Shown: positions 19,563 through 29,764, counted from the first letter of the stretch. The stretch: DNA of 64,000 bases from Candidatus Giovannonibacteria bacterium RIFCSPHIGHO2_12_FULL_44_22 (GCA_001778695.1 MFHU01000004.1:210-64209), one strand, 5' to 3'. Made by a program: numbers and translations. Notes: generated by a model not told the origin, from the sequence alone.

Positions 19563-20561
19563 ATGAAAAGCACCATAGAATTTCGCAAAGATATTGTTTC
19601 GGGAGACTGGGTTTTGATTTCTACGGATATTCAAAAAAAACCGGTATTTTTTAAAAAAGTGGAAAGCAAGCCCCTTCCAAAATCAAAATGCCCTTTTGAC
19701 GGAATCCAAAAATCAAAACAAGAGAAAGTTTTGCTGTGGATGCCAAAGCCCGGCGGGAAGGATTTGAAAGACTGGTGGATTCAGATTTTGCCGAATAAAT
19801 ATCCGGTCGTGGCAAGCTCCAGAATTTGTCCACCGCTTACAAAATACGGCATACATGAGAAAAAAATCGGCGTCGGCTTTCAAGAGGTAATTGTGACACG
19901 GTCGCACGAAAAACATTTTGGGCTGATGGCCAAAAATGAAATTGAGTTGGTTATTGAGGCATATCAGTCAAGATTTCAGGCGCTTTCCGCCGAACCTTGC
20001 GTTGATTATATTTTAATAATTCATAATCACGGCTCGCGCGCTGGCGCCACAGTGCCCCACCCGCATTCGCAGATTTTCGCAATTCCCATAATCCCGCCTG
20101 ATGTTAAAAGAAGTTTGGAGGGTTCCAGAAAATATTTTCATGAAAATAAAAAATGCGTCCACTGCGCTATTTTAAAAGATGAATTAAAAGAAAAAGAGCG
20201 CGTTATTTATCAAAACAAGCTTTTTGTTGTTTTGGCTCCATACGCTTCGCGGGTGGCGTATGAAGTCAGAATTTTTCCTAAACTTCATGAGTCGCGCTTT
20301 GAGGCGATTGATCAGGCGCAAAGGAATGATTTAGCCGATGCCTTAAAAATAATACTCTCTAAAATCTTTAAAAAATTAAAAAATCCGGATTACAATATGT
20401 TTATCCACACCGCGCCTCCCAAGGAGCGCCACGCAGAGCATTATCATTGGCATTTGGAAATTTTGCCAAGAATTGCCACTTGGGGCGGGTTGGAATTGGG
20501 CGCGGGGATTGATGTTGTAAAAATCTCTCCCGAGGAAACCGCTAAATTTTTCAGACAATGA
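19563..20561 (+). CDS. galT: Galactose-1-phosphate uridylyltransferase (HIT superfamily)
   Basis: HPHSQIFAIP HxHxQ motif, two HIT-like halves, ~330 aa. Confidence 0.75.
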   Translation: MKSTIEFRKDIVSGDWVLISTDIQKKPVFFKKVESKPLPKSKCPFDGIQKSKQEKVLLWMPKPGGKDLKDWWIQILPNKYPVVASSRICPPLTKYGIHEKKIGVGFQEVIVTRSHEKHFGLMAKNEIELVIEAYQSRFQALSAEPCVDYILIIHNHGSRAGATVPHPHSQIFAIPIIPPDVKRSLEGSRKYFHENKKCVHCAILKDELKEKERVIYQNKLFVVLAPYASRVAYEVRIFPKLHESRFEAIDQAQRNDLADALKIILSKIFKKLKNPDYNMFIHTAPPKERHAEHYHWHLEILPRIATWGGLELGAGIDVVKISPEETAKFFRQ

Positions 20562-20571
20562 ACCAACAAAT

Positions 20572-21330
20572 ATGAAACGACTCATTATTGCAAATTGGAA
20601 GATGGCGCCGCAAACTTCTCGCGAGGCATTGCGCCTTGCGCAAGGAATTGCGCGCGGAGTTAAAGGTGTAAAAAATGTCGAAGTTGTCTTGACCCCACCT
20701 TTTATTTATTTGCTATTGCTTAAACTTGGCCTGCCTCGCCTGACGCGAGTCAAGGCGGGCGCGCAAGATGTTTTTTGGGAAAAGAACGGGGCTTACACGG
20801 GAGAAATTTCGACCAATCAACTTAAAGCCTCTGGCGTAAGGTTGGTGATTGTGGGTCATTCCGAGCGTAGGGCGTTGTGGGAAACCAATGAAATCGTAAA
20901 TAAAAAATTAAAAGCGGTTTTGGGCGCGGGTATGCGGGCAGTGCTTTGCGTGGGGGAAGCGGAAAAACAAAAAGAAGTAGCCTTTCCAAAAATAATCAGG
21001 GACGAACTTCATGAAGGACTTGCGCGCATTAAAAAGTCATTGTTCCGGAATTTGATTATTGCTTATGAACCGATTTGGGCGGTTGGAACGGGAAGGGCTG
21101 ACACGCCAAAAAACGTTTACGAAATTACGACGATTATCCGCCGAGAGCTTTACCGCATGGTTGGAAAAAGAATCGCTTCCAAAATCCCTGTGCTTTACGG
21201 CGGATCGGTGGACGAAAAAAATGCCCATGCTTTCGTGAAAGACGGTGCTGTCGACGGCTTGCTGGTTGGCGGGGCGAGTCTCAACGCCAAAAAATTTATA
21301 AACATAGTGAAAGCGGTGTCTGAAGTATGA
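20572..21330 (+). CDS. tpiA: Triosephosphate isomerase
   Basis: IANWKM, VIVGHSERR, IAYEPIWAVGTG. Confidence 0.92.
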   Translation: MKRLIIANWKMAPQTSREALRLAQGIARGVKGVKNVEVVLTPPFIYLLLLKLGLPRLTRVKAGAQDVFWEKNGAYTGEISTNQLKASGVRLVIVGHSERRALWETNEIVNKKLKAVLGAGMRAVLCVGEAEKQKEVAFPKIIRDELHEGLARIKKSLFRNLIIAYEPIWAVGTGRADTPKNVYEITTIIRRELYRMVGKRIASKIPVLYGGSVDEKNAHAFVKDGAVDGLLVGGASLNAKKFINIVKAVSEV

Positions 21331-22352
21331 AAAGAATAATTTTGCGCGTTGATTTTAACTGGCCGTATGAATATCGGATTGAAAAAACACTTCCTACTAT
21401 ACGCGCTCTTTTGAAAAATGGCGCGGCGAGTGTTGTTTTAATCACGCATTGCGAAAAAGACGGCAAAATCCCGCATTTAAACGGCCTTTATAAATATTTA
21501 AAAAAGTTTTTCAAAAATATTTTGTTTGTTGAGGGGCCGATAAAAAAAATGCCGGAAGATTTTTTTAACCGGCACAAAAATCGCGTTGTGCTTTTGGATA
21601 ATTTAAGATTTGGTTCAGGAGAAAAAAATAATAGTTTGGCGTTCGCGAAGGTCTTGGCTTCTTGGGGCGACTGTTATATAAATGACGCTTTTGCCGAATC
21701 CCATCGCAATTATGCTTCCATTGTTTTACTGCCCAAATTACTGCCTCACGAGACCGGAACGTTATTTAAAGAAGAAATTAAAAATCTTTCCAGATTTTTC
21801 AAGCCCCAGCATCCATTTTTGGTGATTATCGCCGGGAAAAAATTCGCGACCAAAGAACCATTGGTATCGCGATTTTTAAAATCGGCGGATGCGGTATTTA
21901 TCGGGGGCGCCATCGGCAATACTTTTTTGGCTAGGCGCGGAATTAGCGCAGGAAAATCAAAAATTGAGAGCGTAAAAATTCCCAAAAGCGTTATTTGGAA
22001 CAATAAAATTTTACTGCCCGAGGATTGGGCTATGCGTAACAGCTTGATTTTAGACGCTGGGCCGAAAACTGTAGAAATTTTGGGCGAGCTTGCCAAAGCG
22101 TCCAAGTTTGTTTTATGGAATGGGACTTTGGGCCTTTGCGAAAAAGGATTTGAATATGGCACAAAAACTTTTGCCAAAGAGTTGGGAAAATCCAAGGCTT
22201 ATAAAGTTGTGGGCGGAGGAGATACCGTCGCGGCTATCCGGAAATTCAAGCTTGAAAAAAACTTTGATTTTATTTCAACGGGCGGCGGCGCCATGCTGGA
22301 ATTTTTGGCGAAAGGAACCCTCCCGGGGATTGAAGCATTGAAGGAGAAATAA
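21327..22352 (+). CDS. pgk: Phosphoglycerate kinase (shortened, divergent)
   Basis: RVDFNWP...LPTI; C-terminal FISTGGGAMLEFLAKGTLPGIEAL; 341 aa vs typical ~395. Confidence 0.75.
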   Translation: MKRIILRVDFNWPYEYRIEKTLPTIRALLKNGAASVVLITHCEKDGKIPHLNGLYKYLKKFFKNILFVEGPIKKMPEDFFNRHKNRVVLLDNLRFGSGEKNNSLAFAKVLASWGDCYINDAFAESHRNYASIVLLPKLLPHETGTLFKEEIKNLSRFFKPQHPFLVIIAGKKFATKEPLVSRFLKSADAVFIGGAIGNTFLARRGISAGKSKIESVKIPKSVIWNNKILLPEDWAMRNSLILDAGPKTVEILGELAKASKFVLWNGTLGLCEKGFEYGTKTFAKELGKSKAYKVVGGGDTVAAIRKFKLEKNFDFISTGGGAMLEFLAKGTLPGIEALKEK

Positions 22353-22374
22353 AGTGCTATACTGATTTAATCTT

Positions 22375-23169
22375 ATGCGCTACGACAATGCGGAACATTT
22401 TAAAAAAGAGAATGGCTACGAGGTGGGTGGGACTTGGTACCCTAGAGTCACCAGAATTTTGGAAGTGAAAGCCAAGCCGGGGCTTCAAGTTTTTTTTAAA
22501 GAGATGGGAAGTTTTGATGCCGCGGAAGATGTAAAAAACAAGTCGGCCGAGGAAGGTTCCGCGGTTCACGAAGCTATTCAGAAACTTTTGGTGGGCAAAA
22601 AAGTAGCGGTGCCTCGCGAGATTGAGCCCTCCGTAAATAAATTTTTGGAATTTAACCAATTAAAACAGATTTATTTTCATCCAGAGTATGTTGAACGGAG
22701 AATTTGGTCCGGCCTTCATAAATACGCCGGAACGGTTGACGCGCTTGCGACCATAGACGGCAAATTCGGCGTTTTAGACATTAAAACCTCAACCGGATTT
22801 TTTCCGGAATATAATCTCCAGACCGCGGCTTATATTCAGGCGCTTCAGGAACTGGAAATTAAAAAATCGCTGGCGTTGCCGAAAGAAATTCAAACCAGAT
22901 GGATTTTGAGAATCAACCAGCACAAAGTTTGTAAAAAATGCAATTCAACGCTCCGCGAAAAAGGAGGGAGAAGTAAAACGCGGAACGGAAAATCCAACGG
23001 TACGCCGCGCTGTATAGACGCCGAACATGATTGGGGCGAACCAGAGGGCGACGTGGAGCTCAAGGAATTTCCGTATTATTTCAAGGACGTTCGCGCTTTC
23101 TTAGCCGCCAAAATCCTCTGGGAATGGGACAATGATTACTGGCTCCGTCAGATCGGGTATTCAAGATGA
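22375..23169 (+). CDS. PD-(D/E)xK (RecB/Cas4-like) nuclease family protein with Cys-rich insert
   Basis: Motifs E(AVHEAIQ), D(GTVDAL), LDIKT (ExK-type), QTAAYIQAL (QxxxY); CKKC...C...H cluster. Confidence 0.5.
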   Translation: MRYDNAEHFKKENGYEVGGTWYPRVTRILEVKAKPGLQVFFKEMGSFDAAEDVKNKSAEEGSAVHEAIQKLLVGKKVAVPREIEPSVNKFLEFNQLKQIYFHPEYVERRIWSGLHKYAGTVDALATIDGKFGVLDIKTSTGFFPEYNLQTAAYIQALQELEIKKSLALPKEIQTRWILRINQHKVCKKCNSTLREKGGRSKTRNGKSNGTPRCIDAEHDWGEPEGDVELKEFPYYFKDVRAFLAAKILWEWDNDYWLRQIGYSR

Positions 23170-24008
23170 AGAAAAATAAAGAAATCGTAGTTTTGTATCA
23201 TAAAGGGTGCAAGGATGGCTTTGGCGCCGCTTGGGCAGCTTGGAGAAAATTTGGCGCGCGCGCGAAATATATCGGAGTCAATCATGGCGATAAATTACCT
23301 GCTGGTTTAGCAAGAAAAGAGGTTTATATGGTTGATTTTACATATTCAGCGAAAGAAATGCAGTGGCTTCTTAAGATTTGCAAAAAGGTTGTAGCTCTAG
23401 ACCATCATGTTAGTTCGATGGCTGCTACAATGTTGGCGCATGATTATCGTTATAATGTTTCTCATTCCGGAGCGACTCTCGCATGGTTATATTTTTTCCC
23501 TAACAAAAAAACACCACAAATTCTTCGTTATTTAGAGGACACAGATATTTGGCGCTTTAAAATGCAGCATACTCGTGAGATCATTGCGAGCATTCATACC
23601 TATGGTCAAGATTTTCGCATTTGGAGTAAATTAGCCAAAGAGATTGAGAAATTTTCTACTAGAAAAATTCATATCATGCGCGGGAAAGCGATTCTTCAAT
23701 ACCAGGGGCAACTTATTAAAAAAGCCGTTGATGAAGCAGAAGAAGTATTGTTTTTAAAACATCGAGTTTTAGTTTCTAATTCCTCAGTATTAATAAGTGT
23801 TATTGGGCATAAACTTGCGCAAAAAAAGAAATCATTTGGGATTGTTTGGCGAAGGTCCAAAGGGCTCATTTTGGTAAGTCTTCGCTCAATTCCATCGTTT
23901 AATGTATCAAAAATTGCCGCGCATTTTGGCGGTGGTGGCCATAAAAATGCTGCTGCTTTCACCCTTTCTGGTCACAAATCATTACCATGGAAAAGAATCA
24001 AAAAATAG
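23166..24008 (+). CDS. DHH-DHHA1 family phosphoesterase (NrnA-like)
   Basis: N-terminal DHH motifs (LDHH), C-terminal GGGGHKNAAAF (DHHA1). Confidence 0.75.
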   Translation: MKKNKEIVVLYHKGCKDGFGAAWAAWRKFGARAKYIGVNHGDKLPAGLARKEVYMVDFTYSAKEMQWLLKICKKVVALDHHVSSMAATMLAHDYRYNVSHSGATLAWLYFFPNKKTPQILRYLEDTDIWRFKMQHTREIIASIHTYGQDFRIWSKLAKEIEKFSTRKIHIMRGKAILQYQGQLIKKAVDEAEEVLFLKHRVLVSNSSVLISVIGHKLAQKKKSFGIVWRRSKGLILVSLRSIPSFNVSKIAAHFGGGGHKNAAAFTLSGHKSLPWKRIKK

Positions 24009-24574
24009 TTTTTATAATTCACGGCTGGTGGGGGTATCCGAAAGAAGGGTGGTTTCCTTGGCTTAAGAAAGAGCTTGAAAAAAGAGGGTTTGAGGTTTTT
24101 ATTCCAAAAATGCCGGATACTGGCAAGCCAAAAATAGATAGATGGGTTGGAAAACTCGCTAAAATTGCGGGGAGGGTGGATAAAAATACATATTTTGTCG
24201 GACACAGCATTGGCGCGCAGGCGATTATGAGATATTTGGAAAAATTGCCAAAAAATAAAAAAATCGGCGGAGCTATTTTTGTTGCCGGGTGGTTTAAATT
24301 GACAAATTTAGAGCCCAAAGAGAAACCAATTGCGAAACCTTGGCTGGAAACGCCGTTGAATTTTAAGAAAATAAAAAAGACCGACAATAAATTCGTTGCG
24401 ATATTCTCCGATAATGATTTATATGTGCCGCTTAAGATAAACAGCGATATTTTTAGAAAAAAGCTTGGAGCAAAAATTATTATTCAGCATAAAAAAGGCC
24501 ACTTTTCCGGAAGCGACGGAATCAAAAAATTACCCATTGTTTTAAATGAGTTATTAAAAATGGCTAATAAATAA
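23987..24574 (+). CDS. RBBP9/YdeN-family alpha/beta serine hydrolase
   Basis: IVFIIHGWWGYP..., GHSIGA nucleophile elbow, ~190 aa. Confidence 0.7.
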   Translation: MEKNQKIVFIIHGWWGYPKEGWFPWLKKELEKRGFEVFIPKMPDTGKPKIDRWVGKLAKIAGRVDKNTYFVGHSIGAQAIMRYLEKLPKNKKIGGAIFVAGWFKLTNLEPKEKPIAKPWLETPLNFKKIKKTDNKFVAIFSDNDLYVPLKINSDIFRKKLGAKIIIQHKKGHFSGSDGIKKLPIVLNELLKMANK

Positions 24575-24577
24575 ATT

Positions 24578-25027
24578 ATGCCAAAAAAAGAATCTGAAAA
24601 ACTGATTGTCTATACCGACGGGGGCTCGCGGGGGAATCCGGGGCCGGCGGCGCTTGGGGTGGTAATTTCAGACCAAAAGGGAAATTTAATCAAAGAATAT
24701 GGCGAAGCGCTGGGGGTAAAAACAAATAATGAAGCAGAATACGCGGCTGTAATTTTTGCGCTAAAAAAAATCAAAGCGCTATATGGGAAAGAAAAAACCA
24801 AAAAAATGCATATTGATATGAAAATGGACAGTGAGTTTGTGATGAAGCAATTAAACGGCGAATATAAAATTGAAGAAGAAAGAATGTTCCCGCTTTTTGT
24901 CGCCGTGTGGAATTTGAAGATGGATTTTGGTAAAGTTACTTTCAGCCATGTTCCCCGTGAAAAAAATCGCGCCGCCGACAGATTGGTGAACGCGGCGCTA
25001 GACCGGGAGCAGGGCAAATTGTGGTAA
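24578..25027 (+). CDS. rnhA: Ribonuclease HI
   Basis: YTDGGSRGNPGPAA...NNEAEY...D in SHVPREKNRAADRL. Confidence 0.85.
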   Translation: MPKKESEKLIVYTDGGSRGNPGPAALGVVISDQKGNLIKEYGEALGVKTNNEAEYAAVIFALKKIKALYGKEKTKKMHIDMKMDSEFVMKQLNGEYKIEEERMFPLFVAVWNLKMDFGKVTFSHVPREKNRAADRLVNAALDREQGKLW

Positions 25028-26379
25028 CAAAATATACACCTTATTTACTCACAGCGTTTTTAGGCGGAGTACTTCTGCGCTCTTTTTTCAATATTCCGCA
25101 AAATTGGATTTTGGGAATATTAGGATTGGCGGGCGGAGTTTTATTTATTTTTTATTTTTTCAAACTTGGCGGCAGGTTTTTAATTTTTAGTCTTGTATTT
25201 TTGGGTTTTCTTCTTGGTATGCTCCGCTTTTCTATTTTTGAAAATAAAATCGCGGCCGATAAGCTTCACAATTATTACGGTCAAACTTTGATTTTGCGGG
25301 GCAAAGTTTTATCAAGCGTTCTTAAGCCAAACAGTTCCCGAATCACTTTAGAAACCGATTTGGGTAGGATTTTAATAATAAAAAGAATTTATCCGGAATA
25401 TAAATACGGAGATGTTTTGGAAATTTCCGGAAAAGTGGCCGAACCCGAAAATTACGCCGGGTTTGACACGGCTAAATTTCTGGCAAAACAGCAAATTTAT
25501 TCCCAGATGATTTTCCCTGAAATTAAAAAGACCGGCCACTCTCCCAATAAATTTTTAAACTCTCTATTTTTTATAAAAAATAAATTTGAAGAAAGCTTAA
25601 AAAGTATTTTGCCGGAGCCAGAGGCCTCACTAGCTTCCGGAATGCTTTTGGGGATTGAAGGCGTGATTCCCCAGGGTATTTTGGATAATTTTAGGAAAGC
25701 CGGCGTGATTCATATTTTGGTGCTTTCCGGATACAATATTACTGTTGTTGGCGCCTTTATTATGGCTTTTTTGGGGTTTATTTTTCCGAATTTTTTGGCA
25801 TGGACCGGCTCTCTTTTTGGTATCTTGGTTTTTACTTTAATGACCGGCGGGGAGCCGGCGGCAATCAGAGCCGCGATTATGGCCGTAATCGGCCTTTTGG
25901 CCATGCGCACGGGCAGAAGCTACCTCGCGATACTCGGCCTTTTGTGGGCGGCATTTTTCATGGCTTTTTGGAATCCGATGTATGTCCGGTTTGATAGAGG
26001 TTTCCAGCTTTCTTTTTTGGCGACTTTGGGGCTGATACTTTTTTCTTCCTGGTTTATGAAAAAACTTTGGTTTTTGCCAAAATTTTTAGGTATTCGCGAA
26101 TCAGCCGCTTCCACGCTTTCCGCCCAAATTTTTGTGACGCCCGTGCTTCTTTCTTGGGGCAATCTGGTTTCTTATCTAAGTCCATTGGCTAATGTCGTGA
26201 TAGTCGGCTTTGTGCCGACTATCATGTTTTTTAGTTTCGCCGCCGGCATTTTGGGATTTTTCTCAAATTTTTTGGGGACAACGCTGGCTTTGGTCCCTTA
26301 TTTTTTGATAAAATTTCAAATTTTGGCCGCCCAGTTTTTGGCGAGTTTTGACTGGGCCGTGATTTATTTTAATTTTTGA
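25021..26379 (+). CDS. comEC: ComEC/Rec2 competence channel, membrane domain only
   Basis: Polytopic; DUF4131-like N-term + Competence domain; GTG start overlapping rnhA stop. Confidence 0.75.
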   Translation: MVTKYTPYLLTAFLGGVLLRSFFNIPQNWILGILGLAGGVLFIFYFFKLGGRFLIFSLVFLGFLLGMLRFSIFENKIAADKLHNYYGQTLILRGKVLSSVLKPNSSRITLETDLGRILIIKRIYPEYKYGDVLEISGKVAEPENYAGFDTAKFLAKQQIYSQMIFPEIKKTGHSPNKFLNSLFFIKNKFEESLKSILPEPEASLASGMLLGIEGVIPQGILDNFRKAGVIHILVLSGYNITVVGAFIMAFLGFIFPNFLAWTGSLFGILVFTLMTGGEPAAIRAAIMAVIGLLAMRTGRSYLAILGLLWAAFFMAFWNPMYVRFDRGFQLSFLATLGLILFSSWFMKKLWFLPKFLGIRESAASTLSAQIFVTPVLLSWGNLVSYLSPLANVVIVGFVPTIMFFSFAAGILGFFSNFLGTTLALVPYFLIKFQILAAQFLASFDWAVIYFNF

Positions 26380-26381
26380 AT

Positions 26382-27266
26382 ATGAAAAATTTTTTAAAAC
26401 TTCATAAAAATAAAATTTTATCCGGCGGGCTGTTGTTTTTAGCGGCGCTCATGGCGCTTACCGGATTATATGTTTGGAATCTGGAGCATAAGCCCGAACT
26501 CCAAATTTATTTTTTTGACGTAGGGCAGGGGGATTCCATTTTTATTGAAGCCAAAGATGGCACGCAGATTTTAATTGACGGCGGGCCCACGAATAAAATT
26601 CTTCCGCTTTTGGGCGGCGTTATGCCCTTTTACGACCATTCCATAGATGTCGTTATTTTAACCCACCCGCATGCCGATCATGTTTCTGGACTTATGGAGG
26701 TTTTAAAAAGATATAATGTAGAGATGATTTTTGAAAGCGGAGCAAGTTACCACACGGCCGAAGCCAAAGAATTTGAAAGTATGGTTATTGAAAAAAATAT
26801 AAAAAAAATAATTATAGATAGGCCAGTTAAACTTTCTTTTTTTAAAAACGCCGCGCTGAATTTTTTATTTCCTGACAAATCTTTTGAGGGGCAAGTTTTA
26901 AAAAATGTTCATGATTCGGCTTTGATAAGTGAGCTGGATTTTGAAGGCAAAAAGATTTTGTTTATGTCGGACGCCGAAAAAAATTTGGAGCGCTATTTGC
27001 TTCAAAAAGGGGCTTTGGAGGACATTGATGTTTTGAAAGTTGGCCATCACGGCTCCAAAACTTCCAGCACCGCCGATTTTCTTAAAATCGTAAAACCGGA
27101 ATACGCCGTTATTTCAGCTAGCGACAGAAATCGCTACGGGCATCCGCATCCCGATGTTCTTTCTCGCCTTTCCGCCATAGGAGCCCAAATTTTCCGCACG
27201 GATATTAACGGCACCATTATTTTAAATATCAACAACGGCCGGCTGACTTTGCAAAAAGAAAAATAA
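26382..27266 (+). CDS. MBL-fold metallo-hydrolase (ComEC C-terminal beta-lactamase-like domain as separate ORF)
   Basis: ILTHPHADHVSGL; N-terminal TM; ORF-track start 26376 is TTG overlapping the comEC stop. Confidence 0.75.
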   Translation: MKNFLKLHKNKILSGGLLFLAALMALTGLYVWNLEHKPELQIYFFDVGQGDSIFIEAKDGTQILIDGGPTNKILPLLGGVMPFYDHSIDVVILTHPHADHVSGLMEVLKRYNVEMIFESGASYHTAEAKEFESMVIEKNIKKIIIDRPVKLSFFKNAALNFLFPDKSFEGQVLKNVHDSALISELDFEGKKILFMSDAEKNLERYLLQKGALEDIDVLKVGHHGSKTSSTADFLKIVKPEYAVISASDRNRYGHPHPDVLSRLSAIGAQIFRTDINGTIILNINNGRLTLQKEK

Positions 27267-27284
27267 TCTGCTATATTTTTGGAA

Positions 27285-27359
27285 TATGCCAGGTAGTGAA
27301 ATTTCGCATCACTACTTGGTAGTAATTAAAATTAATGCGAAATTCTACTACCTGGTATG
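27285..27359 (+). repeat. Start-codon-associated hairpin element, short form (67 nt), copy 4
   Basis: TATG|CCAGGTAGTGAAATTTCGCATC-ACTACTTGGTAGT-...-AATGCGAAATTCTACTACCTGG|TATG; 3' ATG = ndk start. Confidence 0.85.
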
Positions 27360-27947
27360 AAAAAACCCAAAGATGAGAGGACATTGGTTCTGGTAAAACC
27401 CGATGGCGTGATCCGCGGTTTGGTCGGCGAGGTGATTATGCGTTTTGAAAAGCGCGGGCTTAAAATAATCGCGTTAAAGATGGTCTGGCCCACTTCGGAA
27501 CACATTAACAAACACTATCCTTCGCACAATGAATGGTTTGAATCCGTTGGAAGCCGGACGAAGGAGTTTTTTCAGGGGAAAAATATTGATGTCAACGAAC
27601 ATTTTGGCACCGAAAATCCAGCCGAGATCGGTAAGCAGGTAAAGAGCTGGCTTTTGGACTATATGACTGTGGGTCCTGTTGTCGCGATGGTTATTGAGGG
27701 CATGCACGCGATAACGACTGTGAGAAAATTGGTCGGGCATACTTATCCAATAGAAGCGTTGCCGGGCAGTATCCGCGGGGATTTTTCCGTGGATACGCCT
27801 TCGGCGGCTAATGTTGAAAAAAGAGTAGTAAAAAATATTGTGCACGCTTCTGGAAATGACGCGGAAGCGTCCCATGAAATTGAACACTGGTTTTCTCCGG
27901 AAGAAATCAACGATTATAAGCGCTCCGATGAAGATATAATGTTTTAG
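27357..27947 (+). CDS. ndk: Nucleoside diphosphate kinase
   Basis: TLVLVKPDGV...NIVHASGN (active-site His). Confidence 0.9.
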   Translation: MKKPKDERTLVLVKPDGVIRGLVGEVIMRFEKRGLKIIALKMVWPTSEHINKHYPSHNEWFESVGSRTKEFFQGKNIDVNEHFGTENPAEIGKQVKSWLLDYMTVGPVVAMVIEGMHAITTVRKLVGHTYPIEALPGSIRGDFSVDTPSAANVEKRVVKNIVHASGNDAEASHEIEHWFSPEEINDYKRSDEDIMF

Positions 27948-27948
27948 T

Positions 27949-28329
27949 ATGAAAAGATTTTTTGAATCGTGGGCGTTTATTTTATTATTTTTGATTTTTA
28001 TTTTGGTCAATTTTGCTTTTGCACTTTACTTTAGGCTTTATTATCTGTTTTGGTGGCTGGATATAACGCATCATTTTCTGGGCGGGTTTTGGCTGGCCTT
28101 TTTACTTAATTTTTATCTGAAAAAAACCGGTTTTACTGTCTTTAACTTCCCGCTTTTATTATTATTATTTTTAGGTTTCGTGGCGCTAGTCGGAGTTTTG
28201 TGGGAATTTTTTGAGTTTGGCTTGAATCGTTACATTGTGCATATTGGTTTTATAAACTATGAAGATACTCTTTTGGATCTGTTTTTTGACTTATTGGGCG
28301 GAGCTGTGGGATTTATTTTAATTTTATGA
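27949..28329 (+). CDS. Hypothetical small membrane protein (4 TM)
   Basis: Hydrophobic, Trp/Phe-rich; no recognisable motif. Confidence 0.4.
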   Translation: MKRFFESWAFILLFLIFILVNFAFALYFRLYYLFWWLDITHHFLGGFWLAFLLNFYLKKTGFTVFNFPLLLLLFLGFVALVGVLWEFFEFGLNRYIVHIGFINYEDTLLDLFFDLLGGAVGFILIL

Positions 28330-29660
28330 TTAAACTTTCATTTTACGGCGCATCGCAGGAAGTTACCGGAAGCTGTTTTTTACTGGATGATGGCAAGAAT
28401 AAAATTTTAATAGACTGCGGGCTTTTCCAGTGCCCGAAATTTTGCGATATCCGAAGCCGCGAATCTCTGCCTTTTGATCCAAAAAATATATCCGCTCTTT
28501 TTGTGACCCATCCGCACATTGACCACACCGGGCGCATTCCTAAATTGGTAAAAGACGGTTTCGCGGGGAAAATTTATTCAACTTACCCTGCGCGCGATCT
28601 GGCGGAGCTGATGCTGAAAGACAGCACCGGAGTTATGATGAAAGAAGCAAAGCGGGAAGGTGTGCCGGCGCTTTACACGGAGGAGGATGTTGACCGCGCC
28701 ATGGCTCTTTGGGAAGGGAAAAATTATCATGAGAAAATATCGGTGGGTAATTTTAACGTAACTCTTTACGACGCCGGCCATGTTTTGGGTTCAGCCATGA
28801 TTTTGGTAAATAACAAAATTCTATTCAGCGGCGATTTGGGGAATCCTTCCAACCCATTACTTTCCGGTTTTGAGGAAGTGGCGGGAGTGAACACCTTAAT
28901 TGTTGAATCCACTTATGGCGACAGGGGGCATGAAGACGCAAAGGAAAAAAAAATAAAATTGGAGCGTGTGATTGAACAAAGCGTCGCCAGAGGAGGGGCT
29001 CTCATGATTCCGGCTTTTTCTTTGGAAAGAACCCAAGAGCTTCTTTGGGAAATTTCCGGCATGCTGAAAAACAAGCAGATTCCCAACGTGCCGATTTTTT
29101 TGGACAGCCCCTTGGCTATACGCGCCACGGAAGTTTACCAAAAATATTATTCATATCTTAACCGCGCCTATGTTGACCAAAAAACTTTTTCTTTTTTGAA
29201 TCTGCCAAATGTGCATCCGACTTTGGCCACGGAAGAATCCAAAAAAATAAATGGTGTCCCAAATCCCAAAATAATTATCGCGGGCTCCGGCATGTCCACT
29301 GGCGGAAGAATTTTGCACCATGAAAGAAGATATTTGCAAGATCCTAAAAGCACAATTTTATTCATCGGCTATCAGGCGCCAGGGTCTTTGGGGCGCAGAA
29401 TAGAAGACGGCGCGGAGAGCGTGACGCTTTTTGGCGAAGAGATTCCAATAAGGTGCCACAAGGAAATTATTTACGGTTATTCGGCCCATCCAGACGAGGC
29501 GACGCTTTTTGAATTTGTGAGAGACAAATCCGACACTTTAAAAAAAGTTTACGCGGTTCACGGCGAACCGAAATCTTCTCTGGCTCTTATCCAAAAAATC
29601 CGCGACTATCTGGGCATTCCCGCCTTCGCCCCAAAATACGGCGAGAGTGTTATAATATAA
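28326..29660 (+). CDS. Beta-CASP family MBL-fold ribonuclease (RNase J / CPSF73-like)
   Basis: HPHIDHTG motif, beta-CASP and C-terminal RNA-specificity region, 444 aa. Confidence 0.75.
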   Translation: MIKLSFYGASQEVTGSCFLLDDGKNKILIDCGLFQCPKFCDIRSRESLPFDPKNISALFVTHPHIDHTGRIPKLVKDGFAGKIYSTYPARDLAELMLKDSTGVMMKEAKREGVPALYTEEDVDRAMALWEGKNYHEKISVGNFNVTLYDAGHVLGSAMILVNNKILFSGDLGNPSNPLLSGFEEVAGVNTLIVESTYGDRGHEDAKEKKIKLERVIEQSVARGGALMIPAFSLERTQELLWEISGMLKNKQIPNVPIFLDSPLAIRATEVYQKYYSYLNRAYVDQKTFSFLNLPNVHPTLATEESKKINGVPNPKIIIAGSGMSTGGRILHHERRYLQDPKSTILFIGYQAPGSLGRRIEDGAESVTLFGEEIPIRCHKEIIYGYSAHPDEATLFEFVRDKSDTLKKVYAVHGEPKSSLALIQKIRDYLGIPAFAPKYGESVII

Positions 29661-29663
29661 CCC

Positions 29664-29722
29664 ATGGACGGACAGCATATACATTTGAAGTATAAAATTT
29701 GCGTGTCGGGGGCGGCGGAGAT
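29664..29722 (+). pseudogene. Duplicated 5' end (plus ~12 nt upstream) of the 30394 LOG-family gene
   Basis: Near-identical to 30394..30452 (ATGGACGGnAAGCATATACATTTGAAGTATAAAATTTGCGTGTC...); truncated 27-codon ORF. Confidence 0.75.
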
Positions 29723-29764
29723 CGGGCTTGATTTTCTTTTAAATTGAATTATAATTAAGATATT

